The translations under genes were made by a program, and so were the position numbers. Below are positions 12,353-25,797 of a stretch of DNA of 64,000 nt, piece by piece (positions within the stretch are counted from its first letter, which is position 1; the number at the start of each line of letters is the position of its first letter). The DNA comes from Octopus sinensis (taxonomy: Eukaryota). The notes under the pieces were generated by a model. That model did no database searches and was not told where the DNA came from. It saw nothing but the letters and a program-made list of their open reading frames with translations. The stretch spans positions 25,792,001 to 25,856,000 of the forward strand of contig NC_043015.1 in NCBI RefSeq assembly GCF_006345805.1, read 5' to 3'.

Positions 12353-13929
12353 TGTATGTATGTATGTATGTATGTATGTATGTATGTATGTATGTATGTT
12401 TGTTTGTATTTATGCACGTATGTATGTATGTATGAATGCATGTATGCATTTATGTATGTATGTTAATATATATGTGTATCTCTTCTATTTTTTTTAATTA
12501 TTACAAATCTTCAACTGAAGAGGGAACCGGTTTCCTACAAAGATACAAGGCTCCATCTTTGGGATGTAGCTAACACAGACAAATTCATATTTGGAGCTTG
12601 AGATGAGTTTTGCATATTTTTGCTGTTCCATTCACAGATTGCACTTGTAATGTACGGACCAGCTGGTTAGTTTCTTTTTCTGAAAACTCCAGTTTATCCA
12701 GATTCTCCTTCAAGCATTTACCGAGAAAACCTAGTGCTCCAATCATTATTGGTATGAATATGAATTCATAGTCTGTATATAGAAGCTAGAGGTTTCGAAG
12801 CAGTTGACCATAGATACCTCTGTCTCTTTAATTTTCAAAGAGATATTTATATCTGCAAGGCAGCTGGCTTCTATGATGGTACATACCTTTACCCCTCTGT
12901 CCCAAACAACAATATTCGGCCTGTTATGTTTACATTTGACAGAGGTTTTGATGGAAATATTCCACCAGTATTCCTTAAGTTGGTGTTTATGAATGTATTC
13001 CATAACAAAGGGAATTTATAAGTTTATTTCAGACACTCTTTTAAATTGTTTTAGCAACAACGTCGTGCCGCATAGTGAGGTAGTACCGTGATGGCATTTT
13101 CGGACAGCTGCGGATCACATGCGTAATTAATGTCATCCACAGAGAAATGACATAGACTACACTTTAGGATTACAAGAATGTTACTGTCTCTCTTGTTCAC
13201 CAGGTACTTTGTGGCAATCTCCTCCTCCTGGATTGCAAACGCATAGCTTTCAATGTGTGATGTGATGTGGTCATGTGTCAAACAGAGGATGTGGTTCGTG
13301 TCAATTCTTCTCTCTTCTTCAAGCTTTCGGACAACATACCCACCCATGGTAATTTCTTCTTTTTTTGGATGCTGAGTGATTTCCATCCAGATCTCCATGG
13401 TAAGAAAGCCCAGTTGTTTTATGGCTGTATATGAGATCATCAGGAAGAGAGTGTTTCTTGAGGAGTTCATTGCCAATTCGTACAATGTTGCTCGCTTCAT
13501 TTTTCGGCACTGCATTAATATATTTATTTTTGCTGCTGTTGTTCAGCAGGTGCTGCCTGAGTGGTACCATACGGCAATCGAAGGCCGCCTGCACTGATCT
13601 CAGCCCTCTACCCACTTCAGTTCGTCTTAGGTAGAGCCTGTCAACATCATTGTTTCTGTGGAAGTTCCCAGTTGTTGTCAGGCCTTTGCGGGTTTTGATA
13701 TCTATAGAGTAGAATTCCTCTACAGACCAATCAAGTATCGCAAATGTTGGGATTAGCACTGGTATAGCAAATGAATTGTGAGATATTGTTTCGTTATAAG
13801 AGGTGAGTTCCGACTGCCATATTTTCCTAAGTCTGGTGTAATATGCTCGGGTCACTCTATCTTTATTCACTGTGCCTTCATATGATACATTTTCGTCTAT
13901 GCCTAGGTACTTGTAACATTCTATGTGTG

Positions 13930-14011
13930 GAATGGGGGAGATAGGGAGACTGTTGATGCACAGGTTTTGGGAATGGGGGAGATAGGGAGACCGTTGATGC
14001 ACAGGTTTTGG
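13930..14011. repeat. 41-bp tandem duplication inside LINE RT
   Basis: gaatgggggagatagggagac(t/c)gttgatgcacaggttttgg occurs twice. Confidence 0.9.
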
Positions 14012-14480
14012 GTTTGGGAGACTGACTTCCCTCGTTCTATAACAAAATATGAACATTTCTTTTGGTCAAATTTTATGCCTATATCAGCTGAAAATGCTAT
14101 TAATCCCATGTGTTTTTTTATTTTGGCATTGTTAACACTTTTAGCATAAATCTTGAGGTCGTCTACAAAGAAATTATGAGCTACGTTGATATTTCTAGCG
14201 GTTGAAGATCCTAGTATGTAACCATTTGTTTTATGCAGTAGGAACAATAATGGATTCAGTGCCAAAATGAAAAGAAGTACAGAAAGACTATTTCCCTGGA
14301 ATATTCCCTTGGTAATGCTTATACTCTCAGAAAAATTATTCTGTTTTCAGTTGTAAGGGTAAGAATAGTTGTCCATGTCTTTGCGAGTCTCTCTATAGCA
14401 GCAATTAAGGTAGTAGGTACCTTTGCCAGATGTAGGTACTTCAACAGCCATGAACGAGGGATTAAGTCGAATGCCTTCTT

Positions 14481-14777
14481 ATGTCTGTCTGTCTGTCTGT
14501 CTGTCTGTATGTATGTATGTATGTATGTATGTATGTATGTATGTAGGTAGGTAGGTAGGTAGGTAGGTAGGTAGGTAGGTAGGTAGATAGGTAGGTAGGT
14601 AGGCAGGCAGGCACGTAGGTAGGTAGGTAGGTAGGTATGTAGGTAGGTAGGTAGGTAGGTAGGTAGGTAGGTAGGTAGGTAGGTAGGTAGGTAGGTAGGT
14701 AGGTAGGTGAGTAGGTAGGTAGGTAGGTAGGTAGGTAGGTAGGTAGGTAGGTAGGCAGGCAGGCAAGCAGGCAAGTA
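14481..14777. repeat. Compound (TGTC)n(TATG)n(TAGG)n microsatellite interrupting the LINE RT
   Basis: Direct reading; LINE-like coding sequence on both sides. Confidence 0.9.
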
Positions 14778-15639
14778 GTATATACCTACATCCTTTTCAT
14801 CCCCCACTTTCATAGCAGCGCTTTTCAGCTGTAAGTCGGTCTCATTGACTTGCAGATGAGTCCAGGCAAATAATTGCTAGAGGGGTGCAGCCTGATAAAA
14901 AAAACCAACTGTCAGTTTTAAAACGTTTCCCGATAAACATTTTCGGCCACTCTTGTGGTACTTAGGCCCGCTCATTGATGCTGATATCACCACTGAACAT
15001 CACTCATAGCTTTTAAGCTCAGCCAGTGCAGACTGTTTCTAGAGGGTTCTACCTGCGAGCTTGATGAGAAATGTACATCATTCCTGAAGATTTTCAACAT
15101 GGCATCGACTTTGCTTTTATGAAGGAGTATGTACTGTCTCAACACAAAGACACTAGTATTAGTAAACGACTAATTTTGTCATTTCGTATGCCCCAAGAGC
15201 CCTTGTGGCCCCTTACTGAATACCTGTGCACTTAGACGTTCATCTCATATTCCGGACCAGGGCCGCCTCAATCAGACATTTGACTATAATACTACTACAA
15301 GTTAGAATGATTTTTATGTAAGGGTTAAGCGGGATAAACTATTAATAAAATGAAGAAAAATTACCCTTACTTGTCAGCATTTTATTTGGAAGACTAAACG
15401 AAATGGTAGGATAATTGTTTCTGTGTGCAGAGCACGACTTCCCCATTATCAACACATTATCAAGTCGCGCGCCCGTACACATAGAGACACACACCTAGAG
15501 AAGCACACGCAAACATATGCACACACCATCGTATACATCTCGTTTGAGGTGTCGACTACATGTCGGGGGAAATTCCAGAGTAGCAGATGATTGGATCAGC
15601 TATAATATTCATAAGCTGACACAATACATGGAGTTATTC

Positions 15640-15747
15640 ATATATAAACACACTTACAGTACTCTCTCTCTCTCACACACACAAACACACGCACATCTAT
15701 GTATAAGCATTTACGCATATATGTGTGTGCGTGCATATATATGTATG

Positions 15748-15778
<31 letters not shown>

Positions 15779-15886
15779 ACATACATATATGTTTGCGAAT
15801 GTATGGTTATATATGTTTCTATATCCATGTTTACATATTTGCATATTCAATATGCGCATACTTATTCGCCTGTATTCTAGTGCTTT

Positions 15887-15939
<53 letters not shown>

Positions 15940-16010
15940 ATGTACGCGCGCGCGTGTGTCTGTCTGTGTGTGTGTGCATGTGTGTGTATGTGTCTGCCTC
16001 TATGTATAAA
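15640..16010. repeat. (TG)n/(TA)n-rich microsatellite block
   Basis: Direct reading. Confidence 0.9.
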
Positions 16011-19000
16011 TTGAGTTGTTAAACGAAGTGACTCAAGAGACTGAGGAACACGTAGCGAGCAGCCTCAACACTTATGTGCTCACACTTCGAAATTAATCTA
16101 AGATCTTTGGAATAAAGATATCGAATACATTTTTTTTTACTTTGTTTTAGTTTTTCTCATAAATTCTCTCAGAACTTCTGCAATGAAATACATGAAGACT
16201 GAATAGATTCGATTATGCTAGTCTTGATTTATTTGAAAAAAAAACTGCTTTACACTTAAAGTACATTTGGTCTTCGATTTAATTTAGTTAAGTGATAGTA
16301 GTATACTGATGTTGTCTCTGTTGCTATTTAACCCCAGGTCGTCTATGATCCAGCCACAGCTGCTCTAAGATCAACGCCATTCTAGCTGTAACTATTTTGC
16401 TCTCCTAACAATGTATCTAGGATCACATTCTCTAAAGAATCTTTTTATTTTTTAAAAACAGTAGAGTGTTATCTTAGGAAGTTGCAGCTGCTTTCTTGAG
16501 CAAGTCTATCCACCGTGGTGATGCTTTTTCATTATTTGTTATAGTGTTTTTGTTGTTATATTTAAAAAGTAAAAGAAATGAAGCTTAGCAAGGTCATATA
16601 TTTTCGGGAATATATTTTCTTTATTACTACCTGACCAGTATCTATTCTAATCCCACCACGGTTTAGTACGACAAAGGAATAAATCGACCCCACCGGGAGT
16701 AGAACTCAGAAAGTCAGATATTAAAGGGACTGAACGGAACAGTTTGTACTTTGTTCCAATAGAGTTTTTTGTTTCTTTATTTGTTGTGCTTTTTTGTTAG
16801 CCCACCACCTATTTCACATTTGGCATGTTTTGACCTTCCAAGATTCTTTTTAGTTTAGCGCTTTGTGCCGTATCGATCAGCAAGCCACACCACCACAATT
16901 GAACAAAAAGCCGTCCATAGATATAACAATGACATAACGAGATGTCATTCCGTTTCTTTACTGATTCTGTTGGTAAAATAAAAGAAGCTAAAAATAAAAC
17001 GCATGAGAGCCCTACATTTACCACAAATACAATGATATTTAAGTTGTAAAGGAAAATAGAAAAGGGACGAGAAGACTCCGGATGTATAGTGACGGGAGAA
17101 GTCGCGAAAAAATCGCTTTGAATTGTTCTGTTTACAATATTTTACAGTGTAAATTTGAGTTTCGGCAAGACCAAATTTGAGTTTCATCTTCTCAAAGTTA
17201 ATATAAAATATACTACTTTGAATATGAATGAAGTTTAATTATCAAATGATTGATATTTTTTTCCTTTATAACTGTGGCTTCAGGCCAGGTAAGTGATCAT
17301 TCAACTACAGAGGAAAAAGCAATCTAACAAATCGAATAGTGACAAAAACACTATCACTTACTCACTATGCCACTGACAGCAAAACGATGTTATTTATTCA
17401 ATACTCTGCTGGCAATACAACGATATCTCTAACCAATGATCCACCAGCAATACAACAATATCCTTTACTCAGTATTTTGCAGGTGAAGAAATAACATCAT
17501 TTAGTCAATGCTTTACATGTCATACAACAATATTTATTACTTTGAGTTTCTACAAGTGATAGAATGATGTCCTTTCCAATGCTTTACTTTCGACACATGG
17601 CGTCATTTGAGGCTTCGGAGGTCTCGCATATATAATATAAACAATATATAAAGCAATTTGTAAGCAAGACGCCGTGTATGGATTTTCAAAATCTACAAGA
17701 AAACTTCAAATATTACATCGCAAGTAGAAAGTTGTTTAAAATGCGCACTCTATTGCTTTCGCAATAAAGATAGATTCCAATAATCTGAAAAATCTCTTCG
17801 AAAACATGATGTTTAACTCTGCTTAGCTGTAACTCAGCACCGTTCTTTTTAACCAATGATCCGCATATTCCAAGTACTACCATGGCATCCTTTTGTGCGT
17901 CAATGAATTTCATATCATCATTAAGACGAAATTATGTGATTTGAGAGATAATTAGATTAAGGACTTATTTCTACCGATCTTTTTTGTTTTTTTTTTAGAC
18001 ATAGATACTCGTTTGAATGTATTAGGTACGACGGAATCAAACATTTCATGACCTCTGATCCTGAACATAAACATTATTTTTTGACACATTAATTAACGCA
18101 CGATTCGTTCATTAATACTGGTTTCTTATTCAATAGATACAAATATTTCTGTCTTTAGGAAAGCGATATCAATATTACAACATGTATGTCTTTTACAATG
18201 ACATATTTGATTTTAGAGGAAATGGCTGTGCTTCCGTAGCAAGATGAAAAAAAACCATTGCAGAATCAAATCAGATCAGTTACTGATTTTAAATTACACA
18301 AATAAGCTGTATGATATAGGAAATAATTAAGGCCGTACTTACAGGAAGGCGGTGATTGTATTCTGTGACTTTCAACCCTTTCTTAATAAGAGTTTTAGGT
18401 AAGAAAAGAAATCTTCGGACGCAGAAACTAATTTTTACGTTTTGAGGTTGCACCTGTTCAAAGGTTGTTTAATTTTCCATTGCTGAAAATGATGGATAGT
18501 TTTAAATGGCCGCTCTGCCTGTTTGAAATAACTGATAAATTGGCATCGAATCACATTGAAGTAAATTGGACATGGAAGGATATATTTGATGATACGATCC
18601 TGGGTAGAAGAGCTTTGAGAAGCAAACAAAAAAATGACAAAATCACGAGATATTAACGGTTGCTTCGCCTGTGATAGATTTGCATCAATCAAAAGTGAGC
18701 TGGGATTAAACAACAGCAACAACAGCAACATCATCAGCAATATTAACAACAACAACATTGTGGTATTACCTGAGTGATTATGTAAACTTATAGAAATGGA
18801 CAGATTTGCAACTTGAAGCTGTCCCACACTTTGAACATTGATTTTATCCTTTCAGTTCATTCATATCATACATCCATAAGAAATGAATGAATGTTGCAAC
18901 TTCTCATTACACCTAACATTAAATGAATTTATGCTCATTCGTTCTAAAGGCAGAATTTTATTATTTACTGCTTGAGATATGTTCATTTCAAAATACGAAT

Positions 19001-20332
19001 AAATTGATAAGTTATAAAGAGCAATGGCCACTTAAAGCATTAATGAACTGTATTGCTCTACGGTGGCCAGTTTACATCTAGGCACACAATACTGTAATGG
19101 CTGAGTTAAGTCTCTTAAACTAAGACACAGCTCAACATTCATTATGGAACCGAATGCATTGACCCATCAGTATTAAAGGCGGACACGGTAAGCTATCGTT
19201 TTGATCAGATGCGATTGGACACTGTACTTTGAAAACAATAAATCATATATATATTCACCAGACGGAACGGCGAATATATTGCAGTGAAGCATTTCTATAT
19301 TTGATGTCTTGGAAAACTTTCTCTGACGAGACATTCCCACTTGAGATTACAGAAGTACGTCTTCGGGAGTGAAAGGCAGAAAAGGAAATAAATTTATTAA
19401 AAATTATTGAAGAAGCAAATATTTCAGTTGAATACGAAATGTGGTAGGAAAGGTTAATGCTGGGTTTCGTTTGTACAATAGAAAAATCTAATGAAGTAAA
19501 GAACGTTAAACAGCGTTATAATATGTTAAATATGGTGGAACCAAACATTGTAACTTGTGCAATTATAAGCATAAATATTGTTTATTGTTTAACATTGATT
19601 AATGGATGGCACCAAATGATTATATTGGTATAAAAAATATATAAAAGAAATTCTGTAGAACAACCCTAAAGTAAATCGATGAGTAATCTGTTTAAAAAAA
19701 TTTTTTTATAATAAAATCAGGGAAGAAGGGCTGTATCTTTATTGTCTGCAGACCGAACCGAGGAACGTGATGGATGACTACCCAAAAGATTTATAGATTA
19801 GTGATTGCAAGAAAAACCTGGACGAGCTCTCTCTGCAATTTCAGGTCTGACCCGCAAAATGTCTGTTACAGATTGGATTATGTTACTGGCCCAAGTGAGA
19901 TAGGTGTTGCTTTAGTTTTTTGGCTTGTCTTGACAAAAGTATAATTATGATCAAGCAGGTTCGAAACATGGCAATCACTTCATTTCTTCCCACGTGGTCA
20001 TGTTTAGCATTACAATATCTTTGGAGTAAAAACCACATTCTGAAAATTCTAACGAAAATTTGTTGTTAGGTTTTGTACACCTCTTAAACTGTGCTGAACA
20101 GATCGTACGCGAAATCGCCTCAAACGAAATGCCTCGTCCTCTCACGTGATTGTGTTTACGACCTTTTTTAACCAGTCAGTAATCAGTTGCTGGCACAATT
20201 TGTTCTTGGAGTCCTCTTCATTACAAACGCTGCTGGGTTTTGGATCCAGTTTTATGCTATCGACGCGTATCCTTGATTGACAGAGTTATTTTTAATTCTC
20301 CTCTTTGTATTTCATGTTTGGGATTAACTATA

Positions 20333-20394
<62 letters not shown>

Positions 20395-20404
<10 letters not shown>

Positions 20405-20703
20405 AAATATTAGGGAATAAATCCAAATTTACAGGGAAAAATCAGATTTAGGATTGAATCCAATTTTATAGCAAAATATTATATAATATTAATTAGAGAC
20501 AAAACCACTATTTTGCAAATCAAACAAAGAAAGACTTAATCCAATACATAAAAAAAATAATATAAATTAAATAAAATAAAATAAAATTAAATTTAATTTT
20601 ATATAATTTATATTAAATTTTTTTTTTATGTATTGGATTAAGTCTTTCTTTGTTTGATTTGCAAAATAGTGGTTTTGTCTCTAATTAATATTATATATAT
20701 ATA

Positions 20704-20741
<38 letters not shown>

Positions 20742-20947
20742 TATATATACATGAGTACGGTTGGCGATTTTTTTTCCTCTGTCTTCCCTTCTCGGGATCT
20801 TTCCTTTTCCTATGTTTCCGACGAAGAGCTCCGCTCGAAACGTTAAACCCTCCTTCTTCCCTTCTTTCCTGGGCGTCCAATAATACTTTATTTGTTCCAC
20901 GTCCTCGCGTTGTTGTGTTTTTTGTTTTTTTGTGTTTTCTTGTTTGG

Positions 20948-20960
<13 letters not shown>
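20395..20960 (+). mobile_element. Penelope-type terminal-repeat remnant with fold-back
   Basis: Near-perfect inverted repeat 20481-20698; hammerhead motif at 20814-20848; homologous to 40005-40465 on the opposite strand. Confidence 0.65.
20814..20848 (+). ncRNA. Minimal hammerhead ribozyme motif
   Basis: gttt-CCGACGA-a-gagc-tcc-gctc-GAAACGTT-aaac: stems I and II fully paired, palindromic stem III, U4>C variant. Confidence 0.6.
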
Positions 20961-21013
<53 letters not shown>

Positions 21014-22574
21014 ATGGTGGTGGTGTGGACATGTATAACAAATTCTTCATGTAATATTTTACTTCGTGTATTTCTGAACTCTTTCTTGCTTACATATCAC
21101 AAAAAGAACATAACAAGCATTTCTTAATATGAAGACTGTCTTCGTTGTTTTTGTCGTTTCATGAGTGCCAGTGTCCTCTTGTCTGTAAGAAGTGTATATG
21201 AAAGCAGTCCTCCAAATTACTAAACATGATCTCGAGGCCCACCTCAGCACACACACACACATGCACACACACACACACACACGTACACAGACGCACACAC
21301 ACATAAACACATTAACTGTGTTTCCACCTAAGTTTGATACCTTGAAGAATTTTTTTATAGCAATAGATTTTTAAAAACAAATAAACACATGACTGACATC
21401 AATCGCATCTTCCGACGCGTGCTCCAGCGCAAACCCACACATACACAGGTCACATATATAAACGTACAAGTACAAGCAACAATATATAAGAAAACAAAAT
21501 TATAACACAGATACATATATGGAGAAACGCATATATACGTATATGGTTACTACCATGTTTAATGTAGTTAAGATTCCGATAACAGAGTCATTTATCTCGG
21601 CTAGAAACAGGCTTTACCTCTGTTGGTGTGAAATCCGAAAAATAAAACTAGGAAAACAGGCATTCGTTCTTACTTTCTCATTTGATTGTTGCTAAATATT
21701 CATGAACAGAAAACAGAAATTTTCAGTTTGCGAGTAATTGGAAACGTGCAGATGCCTGAGCTGATAAATATTCGTTGTACTGCGACAACAGAATCCACTG
21801 ATCTTATCGTGCTAATTCCATATAACTTATATGACACACTGTTTTCTCTTGCGACTACGTGTTACATTCAACACGCCACCGACAGTGGTGTTTTTTTTTT
21901 TTTATTTTGTTTTGTCGTTCAACAGCGCCTAACAAAGAAATATTTGGCCTTCCAACACTCTAAGTCGCTGATTACTATCTTTGCCCTAGTCATTTGATTC
22001 GAGACCCTCTTCTGCTTAAAGAGAAAAGAAAGAGGGTGTTCAGGGATGTGCATATCTTGAACAAAAGGTGGTATTTGCAATAGTAACAAACAGAGAAACA
22101 GAGGTGGGTGAGAGGGGCAGGTAGAAAAGAGATTAAGAGAGACGAACAAATGGAAAATACTAATATGTGTGCATAATAGGCAAACAGCTTGCAGGTACGA
22201 GTGCTGCTAGGCGAAAGCTACGCGGCGGCATTGTTACTGAGACGAGACTTGCTTAGATCAGCTGTTTAACGATTTCACTCAGTATTCTTCTCGCCATATA
22301 TGTATGCATGTATGTATGTATGTATGTATGTATGTATGTATGTATGTATGTATGTATGTATGTATGTATGTGTATGTATGTGTATCTTTGTTGTTATGTT
22401 TGCCCCCTACAACAGCTAGATAACCGGTGTCGATTTGTTTACGTCCTCAGAACTTAGCTATTTTATAGAATAAGTGCCAAGTTAAAGAAAGAAGTAGCGG
22501 AGCCGATTTGTTCGACTTCATGCTTCGAGGCCGTTCCTGATAAGCCTGAAAAAAAAGAAAAGTTAAAAGGCACA

Positions 22575-22782
22575 GTGAGTTGGCACGCTGGATGAAATGC
22601 TTGACGGCATTTCATCCGTCTGAGCTAAAATTCAGCATTGGTCGACTTTGACTTACATCTTTCGGGCCGTTGAAATAAGTACCAGTCGAACATCGGGGTT
22701 GATGCATTCGACTTAGCTCCACACCCATGCCCCCGAAGTTGTTGGCTTTGCACCAAAATTTGAAATTACTGTTATTATTATT
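22575..22782 (+). mobile_element. tRNA-derived SINE with (TTA)n tail
   Basis: Same family as 8466-8630; ends aaaatttgaaattactgttattattatt. Confidence 0.7.
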
Positions 22783-23235
22783 GAGTTAGAGAGCAGTACA
22801 TCACTTCAAAGTGGCACTGGGGCACAAGCATATGAAGCCTTAATATACCCATCATGACTACTCGTCTGATGAGGATGAACCAGATACTCGCATCACAACC
22901 ATATGTGTGTGACATGGTGATCTGATATCAAGATAGACAGCGCATGACCTTGCAGGGGGAGGGTGTTAGAATTTTCTTCAGGTCGAGTCGCCCATCTTGC
23001 TCAAATGGCCCCTGAATAAGGGTTGTTTGAGCATGTTGAACGAAACGCCCATGTTTCCAGATGTGAGTTATTCAAACCCCAAAGAATTCCTCTCAACACT
23101 TAGCTATGATGCTCCCCTACTACTCCTGTTCGTAATCAGATATTCGCATATCGTCAGCCACTAAGGGACATGCTCAACTGGTTAAGGTCAAGCAAATGAC
23201 AAGCAAATCAGTGGTATTGAGCAGAATATTTGCTG
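22783..23235 (-). mobile_element. ~440-bp (AAT)n-tailed interspersed element, copy 1 (more diverged)
   Basis: Colinear with 25798-26243 and with the reverse complement of 23653-24083; abuts the TTA tail of the preceding SINE. Confidence 0.85.
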
Positions 23236-23324
23236 TTATGTACCTATTATACTAAGACAGATATTTATATAGTTTTACTTTTCAGAGCGCCCGGTCTTGT
23301 TTGCTCTGGTTGATTCGGTGAGAG

Positions 23325-23641
23325 TGGTTAGAGCGTCGAGCTTAGTCATGAAATTGTAAGTTCGAATCCCAGACCGGGCTGCATGTTGTGGTCTTGAGTA
23401 AGACACTTTATTTCATGTTGCTCCAGTTCACTCAGCGGTAGAAATGAGTTGCGAGGTCACAGGTGCCAAGCTCTATCGGCCCCTTTGCCTTTCCCTTGGA
23501 TAGCACTGGTGGCGTGGAGAGGGGAGGCCGGTATGCATAGGCGATTGCTGGTCTTCCATAAACAACCTTGCCCGAACTTGTGCCTGGAAGGGTAACTTTC
23601 TAGGTGCAATCCCATGGTGAGTCATGACCTAAGGGAGGTCT
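23325..23641 (+). mobile_element. tRNA-derived SINE (second family)
   Basis: A-box-like gagtggttagagcg, B-box gttcgaatccc, then gtggtcttgagtaagacacttt core. Confidence 0.75.
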
Positions 23642-23652
23642 CAGCATAATAA

Positions 23653-24083
23653 TCACAGATTTGCTTGTCAGTTGTTTGACCATAACCAGTTGAGCATGTC
23701 CCTTAGTGGCTGACGATATGTGCATCTCTGATCACGAGCAGAAGTAGTGGGGGAGCATCATAGCCATGTGTTGAGAGGGATTCTTTGGGGTTTGAATAAT
23801 TCACCTCTGGAAGCATGGCTGGTTCTTTCAACATCCTTAAACAACCCTTATTCAGGGACCTTTTGAGCGGAATGGGCTACTCAACCTGAAGAAAATTCTA
23901 ACTGGGCCCCACCTGCAAGGTCATGTGCTGTTTATCTTGATATGAGATCACCATGTCGCGCACATATGGTTGTGATGCATGTGCCTGGTGTACCTTTATC
24001 AGACGGGTAGTCATGATGGGTATATTGGGTTTCGTATATTTTACCCCAGTGTCACTTTGATGGCATGCACTGCTCTCTCACTC
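23653..24083 (+). mobile_element. ~440-bp (AAT)n-tailed interspersed element, copy 2
   Basis: Near-identical reverse complement of 25798-26243; followed by 20 AAT units. Confidence 0.9.
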
Positions 24084-24200
<117 letters not shown>

Positions 24201-25768
24201 GCCATTACACAACTTATAATGCTGTTGATGTACCATGGTCTTAGCTGTTCACTACCAGTGAACTAAGGTAACAACCCCTTATTTTTCAAGCACCTTCCGG
24301 AGCATTCGAACGGTTCCAAGCAGTGCTGCTTTCTGCATACGCTCCACAGTTATTGCAGCCTTTATTTGTTTCATGTACTTCTCAAGATTTTACGCACTGT
24401 TTCCAGGGTTCCGACAATTATTGGTACTACTCCCACATTTTTTACAGTGACCACAACTACTTAGTCTCCCAAGCTAACCTGTCATATCTATCGACTTTTC
24501 TTTCTTCCTTATCGCATACCTTGTTTTCAAGCTGCGCATGCTATATCTATGATCCAGCATCGTTTACTTTCTCTCTCAATTAACACTATGTATGGTTTCC
24601 TATTCTCTATGTCATGGTCGCACTGAATCGTGAAATCCCAAAGGATCTTTGCATTATCATTTTCTACTATGCCTTCGGGTTTATGTTCGTACCACTTTTT
24701 TGCTCTGTCAAGTCCATACTTGTCGCAAAGTGTCCAATGGACAATCCTTGTTATATTGCCATGACGTCTTTTATATTCTGTCTAGGCTAGTGGCGTACAT
24801 TGACTGGTAATATGCCATACGGTATCACCATTTTGTCCACTAATTCTTCACTTATTACTTTCTGATGTGTTGTCTATTCTGTATTTGATGTAATCTGTTC
24901 TTAATGCTTGCTCCGGTTTTAAATCACTTTTAGTTATCCATAGCCATGTTTTTCTCTGTCTGTCTTATCTTCAACATCCCTATGAAATTGACCATGCATT
25001 CTTTTCTTTACCCATCTATTTTCAGTTTCATTCATTCTCAAGTCCTTGTACAGTGCTTTATCTTTTCAATCTTCCATCCCACACGAGCTTGACCGTCTTA
25101 CTTCCAATAATTACTTCCAAAGTTCTATGGCATATTTTACATACTATCCTATACTGTTTTCTTGCTGTGTTTGCATCCAATCAGTACTCTTCTTCCTATT
25201 TTTCTTGGTACATACAGTCTGTCTGTGTCACTTTTTGGGTGGTGTATCCCATATCTAGTCAGCAACTTTCTTGTCTTTCTCTCTAATCTGTTTAGTTCAT
25301 GTCCATGCGATTACCCCTGCTCCATATCTAAGGAGTGAAACCACTCAGATGTTGATAGCTTCGATCTTATTTCGTCTGTTTGATTTCAACTTGAGGATTA
25401 GTCTCAGTCTGCGCAAATACGCCACCTTAAATTTTCCTGTCAATCTGTCTCCATCAATGTATTTATTTTCAATATTCCTAAGTACTTATAACTTGTCTCT
25501 TCTATCTACTTCATAAAGCGCACTCCCGACAGTATCGATAGTCCGTCCATACATTTGATTTTGCCTCTCTTCAAGACTAACACGCCACACTTTTTCAGTC
25601 CGAACATCATTCTGATATCAGCACAGAAAGTATACACAGTATCAACGAGGGAACTGACTTAGGATTCATTTTTACCATAAAGTTTGATGTCATTCATGAA
25701 TAACGAGTGGTTGACTTGTTGTTAGCAGCTCATGAATACATACCCAGCCTTTGCTTTCCTCAGAACTG
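24201..25768 (-). mobile_element. R4/Dong-like REL LINE, 5'-truncated, complete 3' end
   Basis: Minus strand: KAKAGY..NHSLFMNDIKLYGK (RT), YKYLGI, zinc-knuckle region, ENDNAKILWDFTIQCDH..ENRKP.IVLI...CWIIDIAC (REL), QKAALLGTVRMLRKVLE, 3' UTR ending gtaatggc-(AAT)n. Confidence 0.9.
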
Positions 25769-25797
25769 TTATTATTATTATTATTATTATTATCATT

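Larger units (their letters stand above)
12495..15100 (-). mobile_element. R4/Dong-like (REL endonuclease) LINE, 5'-truncated and decayed
   Basis: [33 protein letters not shown] (RT), YKYLGIDE, CSLCH zinc knuckle, KHNRPNIVVWD...CTIIEASC (PD-(D/E)xK); 3' end runs into taataat. Confidence 0.85.

Noticed and set aside
18465-18656. Short plus-strand ORF as host exon
   Set aside because: No recognisable domain and no convincing splice sites.
21677-21700. miR-315-like sequence (tttgattgttgct)
   Set aside because: Only about 13 nt match, the 3' part differs and no complementary arm is visible.
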